DNA of 64,000 nt from assembly GCA_021780905.1 (NCBI GenBank), contig JAJXXW010000028.1:45358-109357 (forward strand). The letters are read 5' to 3'. Below are positions 21,837-31,092 of this stretch, in pieces; the stretch's first letter is position 1; every line of letters starts with the position of its first letter. Position numbers and translations under genes: made by a program. This DNA comes from a bacterium. Its GTDB lineage: Bacteria > Verrucomicrobiota > Verrucomicrobiia > Limisphaerales > UBA11358. Under the pieces are notes generated by a model. It saw only the letters and a list, made by a program, of their open reading frames with translations, was not told the origin of the DNA and did not search any database.

Positions 21837-22118
21837 CAGCGCCGGCTGTCGAGAATAGCTCGACCATGATTTGATTCGACCGGCGGCTGTGGCTATTCTC
21901 AATCTTTGGCCGGTCCGCTGCCGCAAGACTTCGGGAATTGATCAAAAAGGATCTACCAATCAGATCAGGCTTGCGATTGTGCTCGAAGCGATCTGCAAAG
22001 AACCGCCGAAACCCAACAGCTTCCCGCTTAAAGTTTGGCGCATCCCAGACCACCCGGAGCGTTCACCTAATTTCAAAACCCGCCCGGCAAATTGATTTGA
22101 TTTCGCGGGCGGCGGCTT

Positions 22119-22850
22119 TCAGCGCCAATACCCGCGCTCGCAGTGCCAGCCACGATCGTCTTGCCAGTTGCGACCGGACATCCAGACGTGATAGCCATAG
22201 GGTGGATGGCCCCAATAACCAGCCCGCCAGACCCAGCCGCCACCGGCCCAATCCCATTCGCCGCCGATCCAGACGTAATCCGGCCCCGGCGCGACCACGA
22301 CGGTTTCCGCCGGTGCCGGCGGCGGAGCTTGCGGCACGATGACTTCGCTGGTGGTAGTGGTGTTGGCCCCCACCGTGGCCGGGGTGTCAATCATGTAATT
22401 GACCACCCGGTCGCTCACGCCGCAATCGCGCAGGTCAATAATGTCCGCCGCGCTCAAATGATAAACCGTCCGGGAGGATTTGATCTGGCTGATGATCACA
22501 TCCTCGCTGATACCGGCCTTGGCGAGCGCCTTCACATCCGCCACGGCCAGCGGCTGACCCTGCTCCACTTTGACATAAGTCTGCGGAGCCTGGGCGCGCA
22601 ACCGTGCCCGCTGCTCTTGATCCGCTGAATTGCCAATCAAGCCGCCCACCAGCGCGCCTGCCGCCGCCCCGATCAGCGTATCCTGCCCGCCGTTACAGTA
22701 GCCGCCGAGGGCCGCGCCCGTCAGGGCGCCAAAAGCGCCGCCAATCAGCGCGCCCGTGCCCGTGTTGTTCTGCGAACCGTCCGGATTGACGCAGCCGGAA
22801 AGCAGCATCGCCGAACCCGCGAGGATCAAAGTCAATTTGTTGGTTTTCAT
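22119..22850 (-). CDS. Glycine-zipper lipoprotein with YXWGXW repeats
   Basis: Lipobox LLSGC; GALIGGAFGALTGA zipper; C-terminal PGPDYVWIGGEW..WVWRAGYW. Confidence 0.85.
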   Translation of the reverse strand: MKTNKLTLILAGSAMLLSGCVNPDGSQNNTGTGALIGGAFGALTGAALGGYCNGGQDTLIGAAAGALVGGLIGNSADQEQRARLRAQAPQTYVKVEQGQPLAVADVKALAKAGISEDVIISQIKSSRTVYHLSAADIIDLRDCGVSDRVVNYMIDTPATVGANTTTTSEVIVPQAPPPAPAETVVVAPGPDYVWIGGEWDWAGGGWVWRAGYWGHPPYGYHVWMSGRNWQDDRGWHCERGYWR

Positions 22851-22996
22851 GCTCATTTGTTCAACAGTCACTTTTATGTAACTCGACAACTACAAGGTAG
22901 ATTAGTTCAATCCAAAATCAACATTTTTCATAGTCCCGCCGCAGTCGCCGGACGGAAACATTTGCTTTGTGGCACCGTTGCCGCTTCAATGATCGC

Positions 22997-23782
22997 GTGA
23001 TTGCCAAACGTGTCATCCCCTGCCTTGATGTCCATGCCGGACAGGTGACCCGCGGTGTCCAGTTCGGTGTCGCCGAAAAGGGTGGCCTGCGCAACGTCGG
23101 CGACCCGGTCGAACTCGCGCTCCGCTACAACGAGCAAGGCGCGGATGAAATGGTCTTCTTCGACATCACCGCCACAGCACACGGTCGGACCACGATGGTG
23201 GACGTCATCGAGCGCGCCGCCGACCAATGCTTCATGCCACTGACCGTCGGCGGTGGCATCAGGTCCGTGGACGACATGTTCACGATGCTCCGCGCCGGGG
23301 CGGATAAGATATCCATCAACTCCAGTGCCATCGCCGATCCCGAACTCATCCGGCAGGGCGCGGAAAAATTCGGCAGCCAGTGCATCGTCGTCTCGATTGA
23401 TGCCAAGAAAATCGCGCCGGACCAATGGGGCGTGTTCTCGCACGGCGGACGCAAGGCCACCGGCCTCAACGCGATTGAATGGGCCAAACGCGCCGTGGCA
23501 CTCGGCGCGGGTGAAATCGTGTTGAACTCCATTGACGCCGACGGCACCCAGGCCGGGTTTGACCTCGTCATCACGCGGCGCGTGAGCGAAGCCGTGGGTG
23601 TGCCGGTGGTGGCCAGCGGCGGCGCGGGCACGCTGGAGCACATGGCCGAAGTGCTGCTCGCCGGCAACGCCGATGCCGTCCTTGCCGCGAGCATTTTCCA
23701 TTTTGGCACCCACACCGTCGGCGATGTGAAGCGGTTTTTGAGGGAGAAGAGGATTCCCGTGCGTCTGCTGGAATCTACCTAG
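22997..23782 (+). CDS. hisF: Imidazole glycerol phosphate synthase cyclase subunit
   Basis: [56 protein letters not shown]. Confidence 0.97.
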   Translation: MIAKRVIPCLDVHAGQVTRGVQFGVAEKGGLRNVGDPVELALRYNEQGADEMVFFDITATAHGRTTMVDVIERAADQCFMPLTVGGGIRSVDDMFTMLRAGADKISINSSAIADPELIRQGAEKFGSQCIVVSIDAKKIAPDQWGVFSHGGRKATGLNAIEWAKRAVALGAGEIVLNSIDADGTQAGFDLVITRRVSEAVGVPVVASGGAGTLEHMAEVLLAGNADAVLAASIFHFGTHTVGDVKRFLREKRIPVRLLEST

Positions 23783-24377
23783 CCCGGATATATCCTAGTG
23801 GGATTGAACCAAAAAGGGGTGAGCGGGTCAGAAGGCTTGAAAACATTGAGCCAAATGAAAACGCCACTCACCGCTGCTGCGCCGACAGACTGTCGAGAAC
23901 TGCCCTGGCTCTTTCCAGACCCCGGTTCCCGAAAAGTCGCGACTGATTTTTCCGGGGGAACCCTTTCCAGCGCTGGCGGGGTGTTGTTGTGGCGTCAGGC
24001 GGACGCCGGCTTGGGCGTCACGGCGGTGCTGGCGCGGGCGACGGCGGGCAGTGTCCGGGTCAAGCTGTTGAAAGTAGCGGGCAAGTGCGCGTGAGGGTGC
24101 GCCGGGTCGATGTGCCGTTGAGCCGCGCCTATCCGCTGCAAGCCTTGTTCCGCCACTGCCAGCAGCGACGCAAACCGCTGGCTCCCGCCAGCGGTTGAGC
24201 CGGCCTTTTTCTGGAAAGCAAAGTCCCCCCTGCCGGAGGTGTCGTCAAAAACGGTCGGCGGCGAGCCTTTCGGCGTCACAACGGTCGTTGGGCTTCCCAT
24301 TTTTCCCCAACCAGCCGTCAGAGACCGCCTCCGCACCGCCTTTTCCCAAAATCAAATACCACTATGAAATGTCCGGG
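23783..24377 (+). mobile_element. Internally deleted IS1380-family element (595 bp)
   Basis: Terminal inverted repeats CCCGGATATATCCTA and TATGAAATGTCCGGG, flanked by CTAG and TTAG. N-terminal DFSGGTLSSAGGVLL fused to C-terminal VRVKLLKVAG..VRVRRV. Confidence 0.85.
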
Positions 24378-24482
24378 TTAGGCAGTTGACGACGCCAGAA
24401 GGACTGACCCGGCGAGCGGCGGCATTCAATTCGGCTGGAAACACGCTTGCCGCTGTGCGCGTCCTGGCGCAAGCTTTCCAAG

Positions 24483-25499
24483 ATGTCCGAACGTCCCGTC
24501 ACCAATTTAAACAAACCCGACGCCGCGCTGGAAATGACGCTGCGGCCGGCGCTTTTCTCCGATTTCACCGGCCAGCCGAAGGTGAAGGAGCGGCTGGAAA
24601 TTTCCGTCGCCGCCGCCCGGCAACGCGGCGAGGCGCTGGACCACATTCTGTTGAGCGGCCCGCCTGGCCTCGGTAAAACCACCATCGCAAATATTTTGGC
24701 GAAGGCGATGGGCGCAAATGTCAAAGCGACCAGCGGCCCGACGATTGAAAAGGCCAGCGACCTCGCCGGCTTGCTGACCAATCTCGAAGAAGGCGACGTG
24801 CTGTTCATTGACGAAATCCACCGCCTGCAAAAAACCATCGAGGAATATCTTTATCCCGCGATGGAGGATTTCAAACTGGACATCATTATTGACCAAGGGC
24901 CGAACGCGCGCAGCGTGCGGCTGAACCTGCCGCGCTTCACGCTCATCGGCGCGACGACGCGCAGCGGTTTGTTGAGCGCGCCGCTGCTCACGCGCTTCGG
25001 TATGCGCGAGCGGCTGGATTATTATTGCGCGGCGGATTTGGACAAAATTGTTCTCCGCTCGGCGAATTTGCTGGCGGTGGAAATTGATCCCGCCGGCGCA
25101 CACGAAATCGCCCGCCGCAGCCGCGGCACGCCGCGCATCGCGAACAATCTGCTCCGCCGCGTCCGCGATTATGCGCAGGTGCGGCACGACGGCCGTATCA
25201 CGAGGGAAGTCGCCGACAAAGCACTGGCGATGCTGGAGATTGACGAAAACGGTCTGGACGAAATGGATAAAAGAATTCTTGAAGCCGTCATCGTGAAATT
25301 CGGCGGCGGACCGGTCGGCGTGAATTCGCTCGCCGTCGCCGTCGGCGAGGAGCCGGACACGATTGAGGAAGTCTATGAGCCGTATCTCATCATGGAAGGC
25401 TATCTCAACCGCACGCCGCAAGGCCGCGTCGCCACCGAGTCGAGCTACCAAAAGCTCGGCCTGAAACCGGCGGCGGGCGGGCAGTCCAAACTCTTCTAG
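24483..25499 (+). CDS. ruvB: Holliday junction branch migration helicase
   Basis: [55 protein letters not shown]. Confidence 0.97.
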   Translation: MSERPVTNLNKPDAALEMTLRPALFSDFTGQPKVKERLEISVAAARQRGEALDHILLSGPPGLGKTTIANILAKAMGANVKATSGPTIEKASDLAGLLTNLEEGDVLFIDEIHRLQKTIEEYLYPAMEDFKLDIIIDQGPNARSVRLNLPRFTLIGATTRSGLLSAPLLTRFGMRERLDYYCAADLDKIVLRSANLLAVEIDPAGAHEIARRSRGTPRIANNLLRRVRDYAQVRHDGRITREVADKALAMLEIDENGLDEMDKRILEAVIVKFGGGPVGVNSLAVAVGEEPDTIEEVYEPYLIMEGYLNRTPQGRVATESSYQKLGLKPAAGGQSKLF

Positions 25500-25504
25500 C
25501 CAAG

Positions 25505-27391
25505 ATGAAGTCTGTCCGGCTTTGGATTTTGGTCTGCGCTCTGGCCAATCTGGCTGGCTGGAGTTTGTCGGCGGTCGGCCAATTGAACCGGTTTGGCTAC
25601 GCCGTCTTTTTTGCCCTCGCGGCCGCCGTTTTTTTTCTTTGCCGAAAAAGATTGGGCTTCCACCTCATCGAAGGTTGGGCTGTCTGGAAAAAAACCTTCC
25701 GCCGCTGTCGTCGGCCGCTGCCGGGCGCGTTTGCGGCGCTGGCGCTGCTGGTGTTTGCCGGCGGCGCGATTGATCCGCCGAGCAATTACACCGGCCTGAA
25801 CTATCATCTGGCGCGCGTCCTGCAATGGCTCGCCCACGGCCAGTGGTGCTGGCTTCACACGCCCATCGTCCGCATGAACTACAGCGGCCTGGCGTTTGAA
25901 TGGCTGACCACGCCGGTCGTGCTGTTCACCCAATCCGACCGCGCGCTATTTCTGGTCAACTTCCTTCCGTTTCTGCTGCTGCCCGGTTTGATTTTCAGCA
26001 CGTTCACGCGGCTGGGCGTGAATGCCCGAGTGGCGCGGGTCTGGATGTGGCTGCTGCCGGCCGGCTACAATTTTTTGCTCCAAGCGGGCAGCATCGGGAA
26101 CGACTTTTTTGGCGCCTTTTTCGCCCTGGCGGCGATTGATTTTGGTGGTCGCGCCTGGGCGTCCCGCCGCGCCGGCGATTTGTGGTGCTCCCTTCTCGCC
26201 ATCGCCCTGATGACGGGCACCAAACCCGTGAGCCTACCGCTGCTGCTGCCGTGGCTGGTCTTGATTTTTCCGCTGGTTCCGCTGCTGCGGCGCAACGGGT
26301 TGGCGACCCTGGCCGTGGTTGCCTGGGCCGGGATCGTTTCCTTTTTGTCCCTGGCCGGATTGAACCAAATTTATTGCGGCGACTGGCTGGGGCGGACGGT
26401 CGAACCGGGCCGATTTGAAATCCACCAGCCGTGGATTGGCATCATGGGCAATGTGTTTCAATTGTTGCTGGCGAACTTGGTGCCGCCGGTTTTCCCGCCC
26501 GCCGGCTGGTGGAATCAGCACGCGCCACTGATGCTTCCGCCCGCCATCGTGCAGACGGTCAAAACCAATTTTGACACCGGTTTTTTTTCCGTGGGCGAAC
26601 TGCCGACCGAGGATTGGGCGGGCCTCGGCTTTGGCCTCAGTGTTTTGCTGGCCATATCGGTTTTGGCTTCAGGCTGGCCGCGCGGAATCAACCAACCGAC
26701 ACCGGGCAGACAGTCCATACCGATCTGGCTTGGACGATCCGTGCTCGTCGCGGTTTGGCTTGCGCTGCTGGTCTTTTTCGCAAAATCCGGATTGACCACG
26801 GCCGCCCGGCTGATCGCGCCGTATTATCTGCTGCTGGTGCCGCTGCTGCTTCTGGGAACGGGGCAATCCCGAATTATTCGCCGGCGTTGGTGGCGCGGGC
26901 TGGCGGGTGCCACGTTGGTTTTGGCTTGCGTCGTGCTGGTCTTGTCGCCAGATCGCCCGCTCTGGCCGGCCAAAACAATTTTATCCAATCTACAGACACG
27001 CCTTCCGGAGCAACCGGCCATCGCCCGCGCGCTCAAGGTTTACACCGTTTATTCGCAGCGGAACGACGCGCTCGCCGGCGTGCGCCAATTTTTCCCGCCG
27101 GACGTAAGGGTGGTCGGCTTCATCGGCGATACGGATGACTGCGACCTCTCGCTATGGCGGCCGTTCGGCTCCCGGCGGGTGGAGCATTTTCTGTTGAGCG
27201 ATTCACCGGAGTTCATCCGCCAGCGGGCGCAGATTGTCGTTGTGGGCGGATTCAATTTGCAATCGCACGGCCAGACGATTGACGGCTGGCTCGCGGCCAG
27301 CCACGCCGAACTCATTGGCATTACAAATGTCGTCCTGAAAATCAGCGAAGGCGCACAGCCGTGGTATGTCGCGCGGTTAAGGTCGGAGTGA
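25505..27391 (+). CDS. Polytopic membrane protein (possible GT-C glycosyltransferase)
   Basis: 628 aa with many transmembrane segments; YHLARVL..W motif, GND, GTK. Confidence 0.7.
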   Translation: MKSVRLWILVCALANLAGWSLSAVGQLNRFGYAVFFALAAAVFFLCRKRLGFHLIEGWAVWKKTFRRCRRPLPGAFAALALLVFAGGAIDPPSNYTGLNYHLARVLQWLAHGQWCWLHTPIVRMNYSGLAFEWLTTPVVLFTQSDRALFLVNFLPFLLLPGLIFSTFTRLGVNARVARVWMWLLPAGYNFLLQAGSIGNDFFGAFFALAAIDFGGRAWASRRAGDLWCSLLAIALMTGTKPVSLPLLLPWLVLIFPLVPLLRRNGLATLAVVAWAGIVSFLSLAGLNQIYCGDWLGRTVEPGRFEIHQPWIGIMGNVFQLLLANLVPPVFPPAGWWNQHAPLMLPPAIVQTVKTNFDTGFFSVGELPTEDWAGLGFGLSVLLAISVLASGWPRGINQPTPGRQSIPIWLGRSVLVAVWLALLVFFAKSGLTTAARLIAPYYLLLVPLLLLGTGQSRIIRRRWWRGLAGATLVLACVVLVLSPDRPLWPAKTILSNLQTRLPEQPAIARALKVYTVYSQRNDALAGVRQFFPPDVRVVGFIGDTDDCDLSLWRPFGSRRVEHFLLSDSPEFIRQRAQIVVVGGFNLQSHGQTIDGWLAASHAELIGITNVVLKISEGAQPWYVARLRSE

Positions 27392-27613
27392 GACTACCCC
27401 GACGGGGGACGCGGCGTTGCCACCGGCGCTTCCGCAACTTTTTGCTTGAACGCTTCGAGTTTCTTCTTCACTCCCTGGCCGGGTTGCAGGCTATCCAAAA
27501 TCTTTTCCCACTCGCCGGCTTGCTTTTCATTTAGGTTTTTTTGCCAGAGGCAATAGTCCGCCAGCTCGTCGCCATTGAAAATGATCTGGCCGAAATGCGC
27601 TCTTTGAAATTCG

Positions 27614-27909
27614 GCGGCGGAAGTCTTCACCATCGAAATCATCGCCCCGCTGGCGGAGCGTGCCGCCGCCAGCTTGCAGCGGCTCGGCTGTTCCAACGGG
27701 CATCTGCGTGGCGGCGATGGTCACGCGGGCTGACCCGAAGCGGCACCGTTCGACGCCGTCATCGCGACCTGCGCGCCGGAAAAATTCCGCTGGGGCCGCT
27801 GGAAAATCAGGAACTGAAAATTTTCGAGAAGCGCGCCGACCGGCTGGTCGATATAATCGTTGTGCCGGTGCACTTCGTGCCGATGACCGGCACCGTTGAA
27901 AGGATTTGA
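27614..27909 (+). pseudogene. pcm: Protein-L-isoaspartate O-methyltransferase remnant
   Basis: EVFTIEIIAPLAERAAASLQRLG..GDGHAG*PEAAPFDAVIATCAPEK with TGA at 27731, then a frame change to IPLG..VPVHFVPM. N-terminus absent. Confidence 0.8.
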
Positions 27910-27930
27910 ACGGTCCGCAATGATTTTTCT

Positions 27931-29094
27931 TCAATAAGCCGTCGTGCTCTCTTCCGCGTAAATCGAGGAACCCAGCATGGCCGAAGAGAGCGTGAATTTC
28001 GTGTGGCCGTCGCCGGCCTTCACGCCTTTGGCGACGATCTGGTAGGTGACGGCCTGCTTCGCCGCGAGCGTCGGCACCACCGGCAGCGTGACGGTTTGCC
28101 CGTCAATCGTGCCTTCGCTGGCGCTGACCGGCACCAGTTCCGGCGCGATGTTCACGACGACTTGCACATTGGCGTCGTCTGCCGTGCCCTGGTTGGTGAC
28201 CTTGACGGTGTAAGTGGTGGTGAAACCAATCGAGACCGGATCGGGATCGTCGCTCTTTTCCAGCAGGATGGCCGGGATGCCGAGCACGGTGGTTTCACAG
28301 GAACTTTGCACGGGCGCAACCGCCGGACTGGCAACCGAGGAATTGAACGCCAGCGAGCCGGGCTGAATCGTCTTCAGTCGCGTGCAAACCTGTTTGGCCG
28401 AGTCCGGCGACAAATCGGGAATCCGCCACACCACCGAATTGTTCGTGCCGACGCCGCCGTCGGTCGTCGCGATGACCGCGACATTTTCCGGCAGTTGCAG
28501 GGTGGCGACCGCGTTGGTGGAACGGATGTTGCCGGTGTTGTGAACGGTCAGGCAGACTTCCAGTTTCCGGCCGGCGATGATTTTGTCCGGCACACTGCAA
28601 TCCACCGCCAGCCCGGCCTTTGGTTCCGGGCCGAGGTCTTCGACAAAAAAATTGCTGCACGGTTTCGGCGTCACGCAGCGGTAGCGTTCGCCCTTGGAGG
28701 TGAAATAAAAGGCGTAGGCGGAAATCGGTGCCGCGCCCGCCCAAGTCACATTCCGCAGACAAATGGGCTTGCCGTCCTCGCGCGAGGACATGAACGGCAT
28801 GGTTTCGCCCACCGGAATCTGCCATTCGATGATTTCATTCGTCAGTCCGGCGGCATAGAAATCGTCCACGTCGCCGGGCCAGCCCCACTGGTGCAAAATC
28901 TCGGCAAAGTCGGGGCGCAGTTTTTCATCGCTGAACCGCGCGCGCAAATCAGCCGGCGAATACATCGTGGGCGCGAAGCGCGTGGCGGGGTTGCCGAGAT
29001 GCGTGGCGCGGTGATGTTCGGCCTGGGCGTTGACGGCAAAGGCAAACGTCAAAGCCAGCGACCGGACGAAGCGGCGGGAGAAATAATGGTGCAT
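27931..29094 (-). CDS. Secreted DUF11-domain protein with OmcB-like C-terminus
   Basis: Signal peptide; C-terminal LLEKSDDPDPVSIG..TYTVKVTNQG..EESTTAY, paralogous to the neighbouring gene. Confidence 0.8.
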   Translation of the reverse strand: MHHYFSRRFVRSLALTFAFAVNAQAEHHRATHLGNPATRFAPTMYSPADLRARFSDEKLRPDFAEILHQWGWPGDVDDFYAAGLTNEIIEWQIPVGETMPFMSSREDGKPICLRNVTWAGAAPISAYAFYFTSKGERYRCVTPKPCSNFFVEDLGPEPKAGLAVDCSVPDKIIAGRKLEVCLTVHNTGNIRSTNAVATLQLPENVAVIATTDGGVGTNNSVVWRIPDLSPDSAKQVCTRLKTIQPGSLAFNSSVASPAVAPVQSSCETTVLGIPAILLEKSDDPDPVSIGFTTTYTVKVTNQGTADDANVQVVVNIAPELVPVSASEGTIDGQTVTLPVVPTLAAKQAVTYQIVAKGVKAGDGHTKFTLSSAMLGSSIYAEESTTAY

Positions 29095-29165
29095 AAGCTA
29101 ACTCTGGTTAAAAACCGGGCGCACGCCAATGTTTTTTTACGCGGGCGCACGGCGGGTTGACCAAT

Positions 29166-29196
29166 AAAAAAGGCCGCCAAATTTCTTTGGCGGCCT
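29166..29196 (-). terminator. Rho-independent terminator
   Basis: Stem AGGCCGCCAAA / TTTGGCGGCCT with a 4-nt loop and an A-tract on the left (U-tract on the minus strand), just after the stop at 29213. Confidence 0.8.
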
Positions 29197-29212
29197 GGTG
29201 ACAAAAATCAGA

Positions 29213-30823
29213 TCAATAGACCGTGGTGCTCTCCTCGGCGGTGATCGGCGAGGTCAGCATGTCAGACTTGAGCGAGAACTTGGTCACCGCGCCGCCGGCC
29301 TTCACGCCCTTGGCAACGATGGTGTAGGTCACCGCGTCTTTCGGCGCAAGCGTCGGCACAACCGGGAAGTCAATGACCTGCCCGTTGATGGTGCCAGCGG
29401 AAGCGCTGACCGGAACGAGTTCGTCGTCCACCGTCACGGTCACATGCACATTGGAATCATTCGCCGAACCTTGGTTGGTGACTTTGACCGTGTAGGTCGT
29501 GGTGTCGCCGACGGCCACCGGATCCGGATCATCCTTCTTTTCCAGCAGGATGGCCGCGACGCCGACGACCTTGGTTTCGCAACTGGTCGTGGCTGCCGCC
29601 GCACAGGTGCCTTTGGTCGTGCCCGTAAAGCTGTAGGTGCCAGCCGCCGCGCCCACAAAGGTGGCGCAAACATTCTGGGAAGCTCCGGCGTCAATGCTGC
29701 CGAGATCGTAAACAATGTTGCCGTCCTTGACCTGGCCGTTGCCGGTGGTGTTGACGACGTTCAGTCCAGCGGGAATCGCAACCGCGAGCGTCGCGCCAGC
29801 CGCCGCCGCGTCGCCGGAGTTGGCCACCGTGTAGCAGACATCAAATTTGCGGCCCAAGAATGACTGATCGGCCGCTTTGCAGGTGACCGCCAGGACCGGC
29901 TGGTGAACCGTGGTGGTGGCGGACGCCTCGGCGGACACGCCTTGAGCCGAAGTCACCTTTGCCGAGTTGACCAGCTTGCCGGTGGTGGAAGCGGCGGCGT
30001 TATACTTGATTTCCTTGCTCTCACCGGGAGCCAGATTGCCAACATCAAAGGTCAAGGCGCTCTTGCCGTCGCTGGTCATGCCGGCGGGCAAGGTGTCGGT
30101 GATCTGCACGCCACTGAGCGCGCTGCTGCCGGTGTTTTTCACGTCGAGCACGACGGGAATCGGGTCGCAAATATTCTCATCCGCCGGCTCGGTCTTGGTC
30201 AGCGCGATGTTGGCCTTCACGACGTGAATGTCCTGGCAGGCGACCGGGTTGTAGGTGGCCGTGCCGCAGGTGGTCACAACGCCTTCATCCGGACTGGAGC
30301 CATTCACGACGATGGTCTTGACTTCCTTCGGCCCGAAAGTGCCGAGGTTCCAGGACGCCTTGCCGTCGGCCATGCTGTCGGCTTTCGGGGTGGAATCCGT
30401 GGCCGAAAAATCGCTGCTCACGCGGTCATTGACCACGACATTCTCCAGCGTTGCATCAGTCAGGTTGCTGACCTTGTAGGAGTATTGGTAGGGCTGGCCG
30501 GCGATGACTTCTGCCGGGGCAAACTTTTGGAGCAGAATGCCGCTGCCGCAGGCGTTGCCGCTAGGGAAATAGGCTGACGAACTGGCGGACTTCATGGGTG
30601 CAGCGGCTGGTATTTCCGCCGGAGCCGGAGCCGGAGCCGGTGCCGCGTCCAATTTACGACCAAAAGTATCATAACCGGCCTGGACTTCAGCGGTGCTGGA
30701 GCCAGACTGGTAATTGCTCGGATGGTCCGGTGTGGAAGCCACTGGAGATGTCGAGGTGCAACCGGCCAGCAGCGCAGTGCAACCCAATACGGAAACAATT
30801 TGTTTTATGTGTATTTTTTTCAT
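29213..30823 (-). CDS. Multi-DUF11 lipoprotein, OmcB-like
   Basis: Lipobox LLAGC, PA-rich linker, four Ig-like DUF11 repeats with scattered Cys residues. Confidence 0.85.
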   Translation of the reverse strand: MKKIHIKQIVSVLGCTALLAGCTSTSPVASTPDHPSNYQSGSSTAEVQAGYDTFGRKLDAAPAPAPAPAEIPAAAPMKSASSSAYFPSGNACGSGILLQKFAPAEVIAGQPYQYSYKVSNLTDATLENVVVNDRVSSDFSATDSTPKADSMADGKASWNLGTFGPKEVKTIVVNGSSPDEGVVTTCGTATYNPVACQDIHVVKANIALTKTEPADENICDPIPVVLDVKNTGSSALSGVQITDTLPAGMTSDGKSALTFDVGNLAPGESKEIKYNAAASTTGKLVNSAKVTSAQGVSAEASATTTVHQPVLAVTCKAADQSFLGRKFDVCYTVANSGDAAAAGATLAVAIPAGLNVVNTTGNGQVKDGNIVYDLGSIDAGASQNVCATFVGAAAGTYSFTGTTKGTCAAAATTSCETKVVGVAAILLEKKDDPDPVAVGDTTTYTVKVTNQGSANDSNVHVTVTVDDELVPVSASAGTINGQVIDFPVVPTLAPKDAVTYTIVAKGVKAGGAVTKFSLKSDMLTSPITAEESTTVY

Positions 30824-31055
30824 AGCCGATTATTTTTGAGTTTATTGGTCTGTTAATGCTTTTTCAAAAAGCAGGAAAAAGCTCCAATGACAACAGTTTA
30901 CCCTAAATCGAGACCTTGGCAAGGGGATTTTCATTTCTGGATGTGCCGTTGAGCGGTCCTGCTGCGCCCGCGCAAGTTTTTTGTTTTATTTCGTCCCATT
31001 TCCGTGTTCAATCTGTGGCCGTTTGAACCAACGATTTCGCCGCGCCGCGCCGCTC

Positions 31056-31090
31056 AATCGTAAATCAAAAATCACGAATCTAAAATTTCT
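31056..31090 (+). repeat. Heptamer tandem repeat before the carB start
   Basis: AATCGTA AATCAAA AATCACG AATCTAA AATTTCT. Confidence 0.75.
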
Positions 31091-31092
31091 CA

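Noticed and set aside
30620-30640. GCCGGA hexamer repeats
   Set aside because: They simply encode the PAPAPA linker of the lipoprotein.
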